From a virus, in the UHGV virus genome UHGV-0361702: DNA of 11,910 nt. One strand, written 5' to 3'. Shown piece after piece: positions 1 to 6,528 of the stretch. Numbering within the stretch: position 1 is the first letter of the stretch; the number at the start of each line of letters is the position of its first letter. The position numbers and the translations under genes are program-made. The notes below the pieces were generated by a model that saw nothing but the letters and a program-made list of their open reading frames with translations, was not told the DNA's origin and did no database searches.

Positions 1-17
1 TCAGCGAGCTGGTTGAT

Positions 18-335
18 ATGGTTTACGAGTATTGCCGGAAGCGAGGCCTGTATCCGGATGCAGAGTCTTATCCGTGGAAATCGAACGCGCACTACTGGCT
101 GGTTACCAACCTGTACCAGAACATGCGGGCCAATGCGCTGACTGACGCGGAATTACGACGCAAGGCTGCCGATGAACTGACCTGTATGACAGCGCGAATT
201 AACCGTGGTGAGACGATACCTGAACCAGTAAAACAACTTCCTGTCATGGGCGGCAGACCTCTAAATCGTGTTCAGGCGCTGGCGAAGATCGCAGAAATTA
301 AAGCTAAGTTAGGACTGAAAGGAGCAAGTGTATGA
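18..335 (+). CDS. hypothetical protein, probably 5'-truncated (reading frame stays open to the window edge upstream of the first ATG)
   Basis: ORF of 105 codons; no stop in frame between position 3 and the ATG at 18 and no Shine-Dalgarno before that ATG, so the gene likely starts upstream of the window. Its stop (TGA 333-335) overlaps the ATG of the next gene (ATGA), indicating translational coupling. No family recognised. Confidence 0.45.
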   Translation: MVYEYCRKRGLYPDAESYPWKSNAHYWLVTNLYQNMRANALTDAELRRKAADELTCMTARINRGETIPEPVKQLPVMGGRPLNRVQALAKIAEIKAKLGLKGASV

Positions 336-550
336 CGGGCAAAGAGGCAATTATTCATTACCTGGGGACGCATAATAGCTTCTGTGCGCCGGACGTTGCC
401 GCGCTAACAGGCGCAACAGTAACCAGCATAAATCAGGCCGCGGCTAAAATGGCACGGGCAGGTCTTCTGGTTATCGAAGGTAAGGTCTGGCGAACGGACT
501 GCGTGAATAGCGTTTTGCTGATGTGCTGGAGATCGAATTTCAAAGGTTAG
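332..550 (+). CDS. hypothetical small protein (72 aa), possibly helix-turn-helix DNA-binding
   Basis: Strong SD AAGGAG at 317-322, nine nt before ATG 332; ATGA overlap with upstream ORF. The segment PDVAALTGATVTSINQAAAKMARAGLL resembles an HTH. Function not identified. Confidence 0.5.
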   Translation: MTGKEAIIHYLGTHNSFCAPDVAALTGATVTSINQAAAKMARAGLLVIEGKVWRTDCVNSVLLMCWRSNFKG

Positions 551-764
551 TTTTTTCATGACTTCCCTCTCTAACAGATTTCAGGTTATTCCACTCCGTT
601 ACCGCACTGCGATAATTCGCGGCCACCACAGCAGCGTGGTTAGCGCAGTAGATTTGGCACCCGTTCTCCATGTCGAATATTGTCGGTGATTTTCCGCATT
701 TACATTTTTTGGCACGCGGTGCGTCTGAACACATTCCGTTAACGGTGTCCATCAGGATCACCAT
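540..764 (-). CDS. hypothetical Cys-rich small protein (possible zinc ribbon; Lar-like restriction alleviation is a tentative guess only)
   Basis: 74-codon minus-strand ORF with Cys pattern C-x7-C-x-C-x13-C-x3-C and a C-terminal AVTEWNNL motif. Weak SD; its 3' end overlaps the convergent plus-strand ORF by 11 nt. Low confidence that it is expressed. Confidence 0.3.
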   Translation of the reverse strand: MVILMDTVNGMCSDAPRAKKCKCGKSPTIFDMENGCQIYCANHAAVVAANYRSAVTEWNNLKSVREGSHEKTNL

Positions 765-777
765 CGTTCTTAATCCA

Positions 778-806
778 ATAAAAAAGGGCTACTGTGTAAA
801 TAGCCC
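778..806 (-). terminator. intrinsic terminator downstream of the helicase gene
   Basis: On the minus strand: GGGCTA (806-801 complement) - 9-nt loop - TAGCCC followed by a U-run (plus-strand A-run 780-785), about 28 bp after the helicase stop codon. Confidence 0.6.
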
Positions 807-833
807 CTGTTATTAGCTCAGTGACGTAGATGG

Positions 834-2210
834 TCATACGTCCGCCCCTTGTGCATATCGTCTGCCACGCGCAGCAGGCGCATTTGATGCTGTGCAAATC
901 TGTCTGGCTTCATCCTGGTCACATGCAACAAAGTGTCCGTTGCAGAACCGCTGGTAAACCGTACCAAGTGAGCCAAAACGGTTTTTCGTCACAATGATTT
1001 CAGCAAATGGCGCGGCGCTACTGTTCTCGTCATATACCGCTTCCCGATAGAGCATGATGATTGAGTCTGCGTCCTGTTCAATGCTTCCTGAATCACGCAA
1101 ATCTGCGTTTGTCGGGCGTTTGTTTGGTCGCTTCTCAACATCGCGTGAAAGCTGACTTAGGGAGATAACAGGCGTTTTCAGGTCTTTCGCCATCGCCTTA
1201 AGGCTTCCTGAGATGTGGGCAATTGCGAGGTCGTTGCGATCTGCTTTCGGCTTCTCAATCAGGCCAAGATAATCCGCCATGATGAGTGACAGGTTTGGAT
1301 TTTCCTGTTTGTGTCGTTCTGCGATTGAGCGTATTTCTTCGACCGATAACCGCGAGGCATCGACTACCCATACATCCAAATCTGCAAGCTGACTCATGCC
1401 GTTAGCAACACGCGCCCAGCCTTCGTCATCCATCGATGCAGGATTTCGCAGTACGCTAACCGACATCCTCCCGGCGTTGGCAATGCTTCGCTCTGCAATC
1501 TGCAATGCGCTCATTTCCATTGAGAAAATCAATACCCCGCGCCGGACGTCAGAACCAGGAATAACGCGGCTTGCAACGCCTTCGGCAATCTTCAGCGCCA
1601 GCTCGGTTTTCCCCATACCAGGACGAGCAGCGATTATCACCAGGTCTTCTGCGTTCATCCCTCCGGTGATGGCATCAAGTTCTTCGATTCCGGTCTTCAG
1701 GGTATCGGACTCTTCTCCGTTCCTCAGACGCCTGTCAAGCGTGTCAGTGTAGTCAGTAATGATTTCCCCTAACCGTACAGGTTTAACCTCGTCACGGGGC
1801 TTTCTGATGGCTGAAAGACGCTTTACAAGCTCATCCATCGCCTGACTCGATGCGTCGATGGTTCCGCTCTGAATTGGTTCACGCATTTCATCCATGATTT
1901 CCAGCACCAGACGGCGGTGATAGTTATCCGCGACCATTCCGGCATATCCCTTCAGGTTTGCGGCACTCGGGCAGTTTTTGCTGGTCATCAGGATTGCGGT
2001 GAAATGCTCCTCTCCGCACGCCTCGGCAACCATCAGCGCGTCGATTAGGTTTCTGTTTCTCGCCTGCTTGCGAATAACCTCGAAGGCTTTCCGGTAGAGC
2101 GGAATTGAAAACGCTTCCGGCTCCAGCGTTGCAAGAACGTCACTGGCGGTTGGAGTTAATCCACCAATCAGCAGGCCACCGATAACGCTCGCTTCGATAT
2201 CCTGTCTCAT
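834..2210 (-). CDS. DnaB-family replicative DNA helicase (P22 gene 12-like)
   Basis: 458-aa ORF with Walker A motif GMGKT ([15 protein letters not shown]) and overall DnaB-like organisation; start overlaps the stop of the upstream O-like gene; sits where lambdoid phages place P or gene 12. Confidence 0.9.
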   Translation of the reverse strand: MRQDIEASVIGGLLIGGLTPTASDVLATLEPEAFSIPLYRKAFEVIRKQARNRNLIDALMVAEACGEEHFTAILMTSKNCPSAANLKGYAGMVADNYHRRLVLEIMDEMREPIQSGTIDASSQAMDELVKRLSAIRKPRDEVKPVRLGEIITDYTDTLDRRLRNGEESDTLKTGIEELDAITGGMNAEDLVIIAARPGMGKTELALKIAEGVASRVIPGSDVRRGVLIFSMEMSALQIAERSIANAGRMSVSVLRNPASMDDEGWARVANGMSQLADLDVWVVDASRLSVEEIRSIAERHKQENPNLSLIMADYLGLIEKPKADRNDLAIAHISGSLKAMAKDLKTPVISLSQLSRDVEKRPNKRPTNADLRDSGSIEQDADSIIMLYREAVYDENSSAAPFAEIIVTKNRFGSLGTVYQRFCNGHFVACDQDEARQICTASNAPAARGRRYAQGADV

Positions 2211-3154
2211 GCAATCCCCCTGTCTGCAAACTTCCCTTCCCGAACTCCCGTTAACGAGTCTTCTCTCAGCAGGTAATCAAAATCAGCCGTCCAGCCCGTG
2301 TCGTTGTCTCCGAAGTAAAACGGCTTGGCCTGATGCACAAACGCCCTGACATACGCTCTGAAACCGTCCACGTTTGGCGTTTTCAGTTGCGGGATGATTT
2401 TCTTCAGGCGGCGTTTTCGTTTCTCGTTGACCGCAACAGCGTGTGGCAGTCTGTCACCGACTTCGGTGTTGTAGGCGTTCAGGAAGGATTCGTAGTCGAT
2501 TCGTTCTGCCTTGCGACGTTCAGGTTTAACCTGCCCATCGCCTCCCCCATTGGGGGGTAGGGGGGTATTATTTATATTCTTGTTAATACCTTCTTGTTCA
2601 TGATGTGCGGTTGTTTGTGCGGCTTCATGTGCGCTTTCATGTGCGGCATGTACGCTGAAAGCCGCGCTATTGCTGGCTTCATCATGTGCGGCATCATGTG
2701 CGGTTGTTTGTGCGGCTTCATGTGCGGGTAAATTGTCCATTTTTTGAGCATATTCATGGTAATTTGTGATGGTTATCACACGGCCTTTTTGCTTCTCTCC
2801 ATCAATGGAGATCATCCCCTCTTTCACAAAAACCTGAAGCATCCGCTCAACCTGATCACGGCTTGCTGGCTTGCCATGTCTGTCGCATAACTGAAGACCT
2901 AAATCAGCTGCTGTCACAACCAGTTGACCGGGTTGCAGATGCCATTCATGACCTTTGAAATTCGCTTTGTATGGCTTTCTGGCGGCATTCAGGAGAAGGT
3001 TTTCCCACAGGGTGCGAAGATAAACATCTTTCGCCCATGACTGTTTCAGAATGCTCCGGTACAACGGAATGTAACCAGTTTTCTGGTTCTCCATCCTGTT
3101 GCTCCTGCGCTCGTGTGCGGCGCTGAAATCGTAGATTTTTGCTGTATTGCTCAT
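2207..3154 (-). CDS. replication initiator protein (lambda O / P22 gp18-like) with internal origin iterons
   Basis: 315-aa ORF starting MSNTAKI (lambda O starts MTNTAKI), immediately upstream of the helicase gene. The central linker is a His/Ala-rich repeat ([17 protein letters not shown]...) encoded by the iteron DNA. SD-like GGCAGGTAG precedes ATG at 3154. Confidence 0.75.
   Translation of the reverse strand: MSNTAKIYDFSAAHERRSNRMENQKTGYIPLYRSILKQSWAKDVYLRTLWENLLLNAARKPYKANFKGHEWHLQPGQLVVTAADLGLQLCDRHGKPASRDQVERMLQVFVKEGMISIDGEKQKGRVITITNYHEYAQKMDNLPAHEAAQTTAHDAAHDEASNSAAFSVHAAHESAHEAAQTTAHHEQEGINKNINNTPLPPNGGGDGQVKPERRKAERIDYESFLNAYNTEVGDRLPHAVAVNEKRKRRLKKIIPQLKTPNVDGFRAYVRAFVHQAKPFYFGDNDTGWTADFDYLLREDSLTGVREGKFADRGIA
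2598..2728. repeat. origin of replication iterons (about 8 copies of an 11-12 bp unit CATGTGCGG) inside the O-like gene, flanked by an AT-rich segment at 2565-2600
   Basis: Direct repeats ending at 2610, 2622, 2634, 2647, 2692, 2703, 2715, 2727 (gatgtgcgg / tttgtgcgg / catgtgcgg variants). A 31-bp exact direct repeat ATGTGCGGTTGTTTGTGCGGCTTCATGTGCG occurs at 2603-2633 and 2696-2726. AT-rich stretch follows in gene orientation, as in lambda ori. Confidence 0.6.
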
Positions 3155-3156
3155 AA

Positions 3157-3429
3157 CTACCTGCCTTGACGAAAGACCTTAAGAACATCGTTAAACTGAC
3201 TTACGGATATGTCTTCTTTGAGAAGCTTTTCCAGAAATGCGTTTGGAATGAACGTATATCCCTCCTCTTTTGGTAGAGACGGGAGCAACGCCCTCGCCTC
3301 AGCCTTCAGAAGCTCAGTTCTGGCAACTTTCACAAAAGAGATTTGAGTTCTTTCATCAATGGAACGAAGGAAGCGCAAACGCTTAGCTTCTTTGTGTGTA
3401 TCAGGTGGATTAAAGCCTTTGTTTCGCAT
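3157..3429 (-). CDS. hypothetical protein (90 aa) inserted between cII and the O-like gene
   Basis: ATG at 3429-3427 (complement) preceded by SD GAGGT with 7-nt spacing; stop TAG ends 2 nt before the O-like ATG (coupled). Sequence MRNKGFNPPDTHKEAKRLRF... not recognised. Lambda has only about 30 bp here. Confidence 0.45.
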   Translation of the reverse strand: MRNKGFNPPDTHKEAKRLRFLRSIDERTQISFVKVARTELLKAEARALLPSLPKEEGYTFIPNAFLEKLLKEDISVSQFNDVLKVFRQGR

Positions 3430-3440
3430 ATAATTACCTC

Positions 3441-3507
3441 GTTGGATGTTGTTAAAATTCCATTTGTATTTGATCAGAACGCTCGGTTGCCGCCGGGCGT
3501 TTTTTAT
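3441..3507 (+). ncRNA. oop: OOP-like antisense RNA (antisense to the cII 3' end)
   Basis: Plus-strand TATAAT at 3429-3434, then a GC-rich hairpin (3480-3499) followed by TTTTTTATT (3500-3508). The 3' segment GTTGCCGCCGGGCGTTTTTTATT matches the remembered lambda OOP terminator. It overlaps the last roughly 55 nt of cII on the opposite strand. Exact 5' end is inferred. Confidence 0.5.
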
Positions 3508-3745
3508 TGGTGAGAATCGAAGCAACTTGTCGTGCCAATCGAGCCATGTCGTCGTCGACAACACCCCATTCAAGAACAGCAAGCAGCATTGAGAACTTTG
3601 GAATCCAGTCCCTCTTCCACCTGCTGATCTGCGACTTATCAACGCCCACAGCTTCCGCTGTCTTCTCAGTTCCAAGCATTGCGATTTTGTTAAGCAACGC
3701 ACTCTCGATTCTTAGAGCCTCGTTGCGTTTGTTTGCACGAACCAT
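3452..3745 (-). CDS. cII: CII transcriptional activator (lambda cII-type)
   Basis: 97-aa product MVRANKRNEALRIESALLNKIAMLGTEKTAEAVGVDKSQISRWKRDWIPKF... is nearly identical to lambda CII as remembered. The six-frame ORF begins further upstream (3832), but the internal ATG at 3745 gives the canonical 97-aa protein. Confidence 0.9.
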   Translation of the reverse strand: MVRANKRNEALRIESALLNKIAMLGTEKTAEAVGVDKSQISRWKRDWIPKFSMLLAVLEWGVVDDDMARLARQVASILTNKKRPAATERSDQIQMEF

Positions 3746-3756
3746 ATGTAAGTATT
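3723..3756 (+). promoter_or_regulatory. pRE-like CII-dependent promoter (TTGC-N6-TTGC CII box) directed toward cI
   Basis: TTGC at 3723-3726 and 3733-3736 separated by 6 nt (cgTTGCgtttgtTTGCacgaaccatatgtaagtat), same arrangement as lambda pRE, overlapping the cII start codon on the opposite strand. Confidence 0.6.
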
Positions 3757-3804
3757 TCCTTAACAAATAAGAAGTTATGCGCATCAACTTATGCGCGTTG
3801 TATT

Positions 3805-3846
3805 CCCGCATTTCGGCGGGAATGAGGACCATGACTGTTAAAGAGC
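3805..3846 (-). promoter_or_regulatory. nutR (boxA GCTCTTTAACA + boxB hairpin CCCGCCGAAATGCGGG)
   Basis: On the minus strand between cro and cII: boxA (3846-3836 complement) then a 5-bp stem / 6-nt loop hairpin (3820-3805 complement). Identical boxA and boxB occur at nutL on the plus strand. Confidence 0.65.
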
Positions 3847-3853
3847 AATTTGC

Positions 3854-4039
3854 TTATGCCGCTTTGCGGTAAGCGCTTTCTTGATACTTCAGGGCGCCAG
3901 CTGTAACGACTTCCAGTCGATAGGCGTCTTTCTCTGGGATGACTTCCTTCCACTGAGAGACTGCTGCGTCGCTAATGCCTAACGCTTTAGCTACAGCACG
4001 CTGGGTTCCGAAGTGGTCGATAACATCTTTCTTGTACAT
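3854..4039 (-). CDS. cro: Cro repressor (P22 cro-type)
   Basis: 61-aa HTH protein (QRAVAKALGISDAAVSQW) divergent from cI across the operator region; SD GGAG (complement of 4046-4049) 6 nt upstream of ATG. Confidence 0.85.
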   Translation of the reverse strand: MYKKDVIDHFGTQRAVAKALGISDAAVSQWKEVIPEKDAYRLEVVTAGALKYQESAYRKAA

Positions 4040-4053
4040 AGACTCGCTCCGAA

Positions 4054-4119
4054 ATTAAAGAACACTTAAATTATCCACTAAAGGAATCTTAAGTCAAGTT
4101 TATTTAAGATGTCTTAACT
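4054..4119. promoter_or_regulatory. oR operator cluster (three 18-bp sites) with divergent pR (minus) and pRM (plus)
   Basis: Three sites fitting ANTNAAG-N4-CTTNANT: 4054-4071 ATTAAAGAACACTTAAAT, 4077-4094 ACTAAAGGAATCTTAAGT, 4102-4119 ATTTAAGATGTCTTAACT. pR on minus strand: -35 TTGACT (complement of 4092-4097), 16-bp spacer, -10 GATAAT (complement of 4070-4075). pRM position (ending next to the cI ATG at 4120) is inferred, not precisely located. Confidence 0.7.
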
Positions 4120-4770
4120 ATGAAAACTCAATTGATGGGAGAGCGCATTCGCGCTCGGAGAAAAGAACTCAAGATCAGGCAGGCCGCACTTGGAAAGATG
4201 GTCGGCGTGTCTAATGTTGCCATATCTCAGTGGGAACGCTCTGAGACAGAGCCAAATGGAGAGAATCTTCTCGCCCTGGCTAATGCGTTGAAGTGTTCCC
4301 CTGACTATCTGATGAAAGGAGAGGAAAGTCTTTCAAACATTGCCTATCACAGTAGGCATGATCCAAGAGGGTCATACCCTCTGATTAGCTGGGTGAGCGC
4401 AGGATGCTGGATGGAAGCTGTAGAACCATATCATAAGCGTGCAATAGATAACTGGTACGATACAACCGTAGACTGTTCAGAAGATTCGTTTTGGTTGGAC
4501 GTGAAGGGAGACTCAATGACGGCTCCGGCCGGTCTCAGTATCCCTGAAGGAATGATAATACTCGTCGATCCTGAAGTAGAGCCGCGTAACGGGAAACTGG
4601 TAGTTGCAAAGCTCGAAGGAGAAAACGAGGCAACTTTCAAGAAGTTAGTTATTGATGCAGGCAGGAAGTTTCTAAAACCACTTAACCCACAATATCCGAT
4701 GATCGAGATCAACGGAAACTGCAAAATCATCGGCGTAGTTGTCGATGCAAAACTAGCAAACCTTCCATAA
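4120..4770 (+). CDS. cI: prophage repressor, P22 C2-type (CI family; N-terminal HTH, C-terminal LexA-like S24 autopeptidase domain)
   Basis: 216-aa protein with HTH (QAALGKMVGVSNVAISQWE), Ala-Gly cleavage site (VSAGCW), catalytic Ser (GDSM) and Lys (VVAKLEG). Closely matches the P22 c2 repressor as remembered. Confidence 0.95.
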   Translation: MKTQLMGERIRARRKELKIRQAALGKMVGVSNVAISQWERSETEPNGENLLALANALKCSPDYLMKGEESLSNIAYHSRHDPRGSYPLISWVSAGCWMEAVEPYHKRAIDNWYDTTVDCSEDSFWLDVKGDSMTAPAGLSIPEGMIILVDPEVEPRNGKLVVAKLEGENEATFKKLVIDAGRKFLKPLNPQYPMIEINGNCKIIGVVVDAKLANLP

Positions 4771-4795
4771 GGGGGCATTCGCCCCTTTTTTTTTA
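4771..4795 (+). terminator. intrinsic terminator immediately after the repressor gene
   Basis: GGGGGCATTCGCCCC hairpin followed by a run of nine T. Confidence 0.7.
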
Positions 4796-4837
4796 TTTCC
4801 TTTAAAAATCAAAGCTAAACTTAAGTTACGAAAGAAA

Positions 4838-4891
4838 ATTTAAGTTTTCTTCAAAAATACTCTTGACCATTAATTAAAGAGATCTTAAATT
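4838..4891 (+). promoter_or_regulatory. oL operators and pL promoter
   Basis: Operator-consensus 18-mers at 4873-4890 (ATTAAAGAGATCTTAAAT, same half-sites as the first oR site) and 4838-4855 (ATTTAAGTTTTCTTCAAA). -35 TTGACC at 4863-4868, 17-bp spacer, -10 TAAATT at 4886-4891. A third oL site was not confidently located. Confidence 0.6.
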
Positions 4892-4937
4892 TAAGCCATC
4901 AGCAGGACGCTGGAAGCCAAACGGAAAAGATTGGCAG

Positions 4938-4977
4938 GCTCTTTAACATTGATGGGATTGTCCCGCCGAAATGCGGG
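4938..4977 (+). promoter_or_regulatory. nutL (boxA GCTCTTTAACA + boxB hairpin CCCGCCGAAATGCGGG)
   Basis: boxA at 4938-4948; boxB 4962-4977 (stem CCCGC/GCGGG, loop CGAAAT) in the leader between pL and N; identical to the nutR elements. Confidence 0.65.
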
Positions 4978-5291
4978 AACCAAAGAGTAGTTGGCTTTGG
5001 GGTGACGTGAAGTGCAGCTGCACGACGGCAACCGGAAGATAAGCACCCGGCGCGTCACCGCCAAAGTCAATTCCATAGGCGTTATGCAGCCGCCACCATA
5101 TTCAAGAAAGCTGCACAAGAGGTAGGAGGATTTATGTGAATACTTACATTCAATTGAGAGATTAATTAAATAGAACTGATCGAGCAGAGTCCATAAAGGC
5201 TCATAAATGCTCTTCCATCCCCGTCTAATTGGCGGGGAAGGAAACCACTTTGTAATAAAAAAATTCCAAAGTTGTTTCATCGGAGGTCAAC

Positions 5292-5591
5292 ATGACAGTA
5301 GTCATTACATATCTGGCTGACGATAACGCCAGAAATCGCCGCAGAGCACGCAGACAGGCTCAACGTGAACAGGCAATGCAAGAACAGCGACTGGCGCGAA
5401 AGATTGCGCTAAAGCTCTCTGGTTGCGTCAGAGCAGACAAAGCAGCATCACTCGGAAGCCTTCGCTGCAAGAAGGCAGAAGAAGTCGAGAGTAAACAGAA
5501 TCGTATTTACTACCGCAAGCCACGCAGTGAAATGGGGGTGACTTGTGTTGGTCGCCAGAAAATGAAATTAGGAAGCAAACCACTTATTTGA
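5292..5591 (+). CDS. N: N-type transcription antitermination protein
   Basis: 99-aa protein with N-terminal arginine-rich motif (NARNRRRARRQAQREQ) and a C-terminus (RIYYRKPRSEMGVTCVGRQKMKLGSKPLI) closely resembling the lambda N C-terminus; SD GGAGG 5 nt upstream; first gene after pL and nutL. Confidence 0.8.
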   Translation: MTVVITYLADDNARNRRRARRQAQREQAMQEQRLARKIALKLSGCVRADKAASLGSLRCKKAEEVESKQNRIYYRKPRSEMGVTCVGRQKMKLGSKPLI

Positions 5592-5599
5592 GGTGATAT

Positions 5600-5686
5600 A
5601 TGGAAGAAGAATTTGAAGAGTTCGAAGAGCATCCGCAGGATGTGATGGAACAATACCAGGACTATCCTTATGACTACGACTATTGA
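5600..5686 (+). CDS. small acidic ORF (28 aa), positional equivalent of lambda orf28
   Basis: MEEEFEEFEEHPQDVMEQYQDYPYDYDY; SD GAGGTG before ATG; overlaps the ral start by 17 nt, the arrangement I recall for lambda orf28 and ral. Confidence 0.45.
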   Translation: MEEEFEEFEEHPQDVMEQYQDYPYDYDY

Positions 5687-5870
5687 TAAGAATCAATGGT
5701 GTGGACAATTCAAGCGATGCAATGGATGCAAGCTGCAATCGGAATGTATGGTTAAGCCTGAAGAAATGTTTCCTGTAATGGAAGATGGGAAATATGTCGA
5801 TAAATGGGCAATACGAACGACGGCAATGATTGCCAGAGAACTTAGTAAACAGAATAACAAGGCTGCCTGA
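5670..5870 (+). CDS. ral: Ral restriction-alleviation protein
   Basis: 66-aa product MTTTIDKNQWCGQFKRCNGCKLQSECMVKPEEMF... matches lambda Ral as remembered (same length). Confidence 0.8.
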   Translation: MTTTIDKNQWCGQFKRCNGCKLQSECMVKPEEMFPVMEDGKYVDKWAIRTTAMIARELSKQNNKAA

Positions 5871-5888
5871 TGGTGGCCTTTATTTTTG
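5859..5888 (+). terminator. intrinsic terminator-like hairpin overlapping the ral stop codon
   Basis: AAGGCTGCC-tgat-GGTGGCCTT stem (with two G-U pairs) followed by TATTTTTG. Confidence 0.5.
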
Positions 5889-5928
5889 TCCGTAAATAAT
5901 TTCATGCTTATTACAATCAAGGTGATAT

Positions 5929-6351
5929 ATGGAAGAACAAGCAAACAAGATTCTCGTAGAACTTCTGCAAAAAGCCAGTAATGGAATAGACGCGGCTGTT
6001 TCATTTAGCCAGGCACAGATTCCTGATGTTGTTCGTCAGTTGCTAACATGGAGTTTTGTCCATAGCGCACTTTTCCAAGTGGCTGGGTTGTTGCTTTTAA
6101 TTGCAGCAATGAAACTTCCTAGTTTTGCAAGAACGGCAAGAAATAATGGCGAGAGATGGACGTCTTTAGATGGATGTCCAAACGATAGATATTTTATATC
6201 TTCGTTTTATTACGATATATGCACTGTATTTGCTCCTATATTTGGCTCAATTATTGGCGTTTTAATTATTGCCTTCAATTTCGAATGGTTGAAGATTTGG
6301 CTTGCACCTAAGTTATTCCTAATTGAATATGCAGCATCATTGGTTAAGTAA
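5929..6351 (+). CDS. hypothetical inner-membrane protein (140 aa, 2-3 predicted TM helices)
   Basis: ATG preceded by AAGGTGATAT; hydrophobic segments LLTWSFVHSALFQVAGLLLLIAAM and ICTVFAPIFGSIIGVLIIAF; flanked by terminator hairpins on both sides. Not recognised as SieB or RexB from memory. Confidence 0.6.
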   Translation: MEEQANKILVELLQKASNGIDAAVSFSQAQIPDVVRQLLTWSFVHSALFQVAGLLLLIAAMKLPSFARTARNNGERWTSLDGCPNDRYFISSFYYDICTVFAPIFGSIIGVLIIAFNFEWLKIWLAPKLFLIEYAASLVK

Positions 6352-6355
6352 TTTC

Positions 6356-6381
6356 AGGCCGCATAGTCGGCCTTTATTTTT
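6356..6381 (+). terminator. intrinsic terminator after the membrane-protein gene
   Basis: AGGCCG-catagt-CGGCCT followed by TTTATTTTT. Confidence 0.6.
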
Positions 6382-6500
6382 GGCATAAACAACAGAATAA
6401 ACACTGCACTGTGTATTCATTCCAACGAGTGAATACACGGAGCAATGTCGCTCGTAACTAAACAGGAGCCGACTTGTTCTGATTGTTGGAAATCTTCTTT

Positions 6501-6528
6501 GCCCTCCAGTGTGAGGGCAATTTTTTTT
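6501..6528 (+). terminator. second intrinsic terminator, 13 nt upstream of the next gene
   Basis: GCCCTC-cagtgt-GAGGGC followed by AATTTTTTTT; the downstream gene must depend on N-antiterminated readthrough. Confidence 0.55.

Noticed and set aside
1396-1752. 118-aa plus-strand ORF inside the helicase gene
   Set aside because: Antisense to a strongly supported DnaB-like CDS, with a Ser/Ala/Pro-rich low-complexity product typical of reverse-strand artefacts.
2598-2728. Possible CRISPR-like array suggested by short direct repeats
   Set aside because: Repeat units are only 11-12 bp with no unique spacers of regular length, they lie inside a coding gene in frame with an AAHE repeat, and they have the position and form of lambdoid ori iterons.
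2572-2757. 61-aa minus-strand ORF rich in His-Met-Pro-Lys repeats
   Set aside because: It is an alternative-frame reading of the ori iterons inside the O-like gene; its repetitiveness comes from the DNA repeats, and it overlaps a well-supported gene in another frame.
3157-3702. 181-aa minus-strand ORF spanning the cII region
   Set aside because: Its N-terminal two-thirds overlaps cII in another frame; only the C-terminal 90 codons (from ATG 3429, with a proper SD) are plausible and are reported separately.
3507-3770. 87-aa plus-strand ORF antisense to cII
   Set aside because: No SD, and it lies entirely within cII on the opposite strand; the plus-strand signals here are better explained by pRE and the OOP terminator.
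4431-5280. Minus-strand ORFs 4431-4778 and 4891-5280
   Set aside because: The first is antisense to the repressor gene; the second covers the pL/nutL/N-leader region where regulatory sites are clearly identifiable; both have low-complexity products and no SD.
5693-6004. 103-aa minus-strand ORF antisense to ral
   Set aside because: Overlaps ral and the start of the membrane-protein gene, crosses a terminator hairpin, and lacks a ribosome-binding site.
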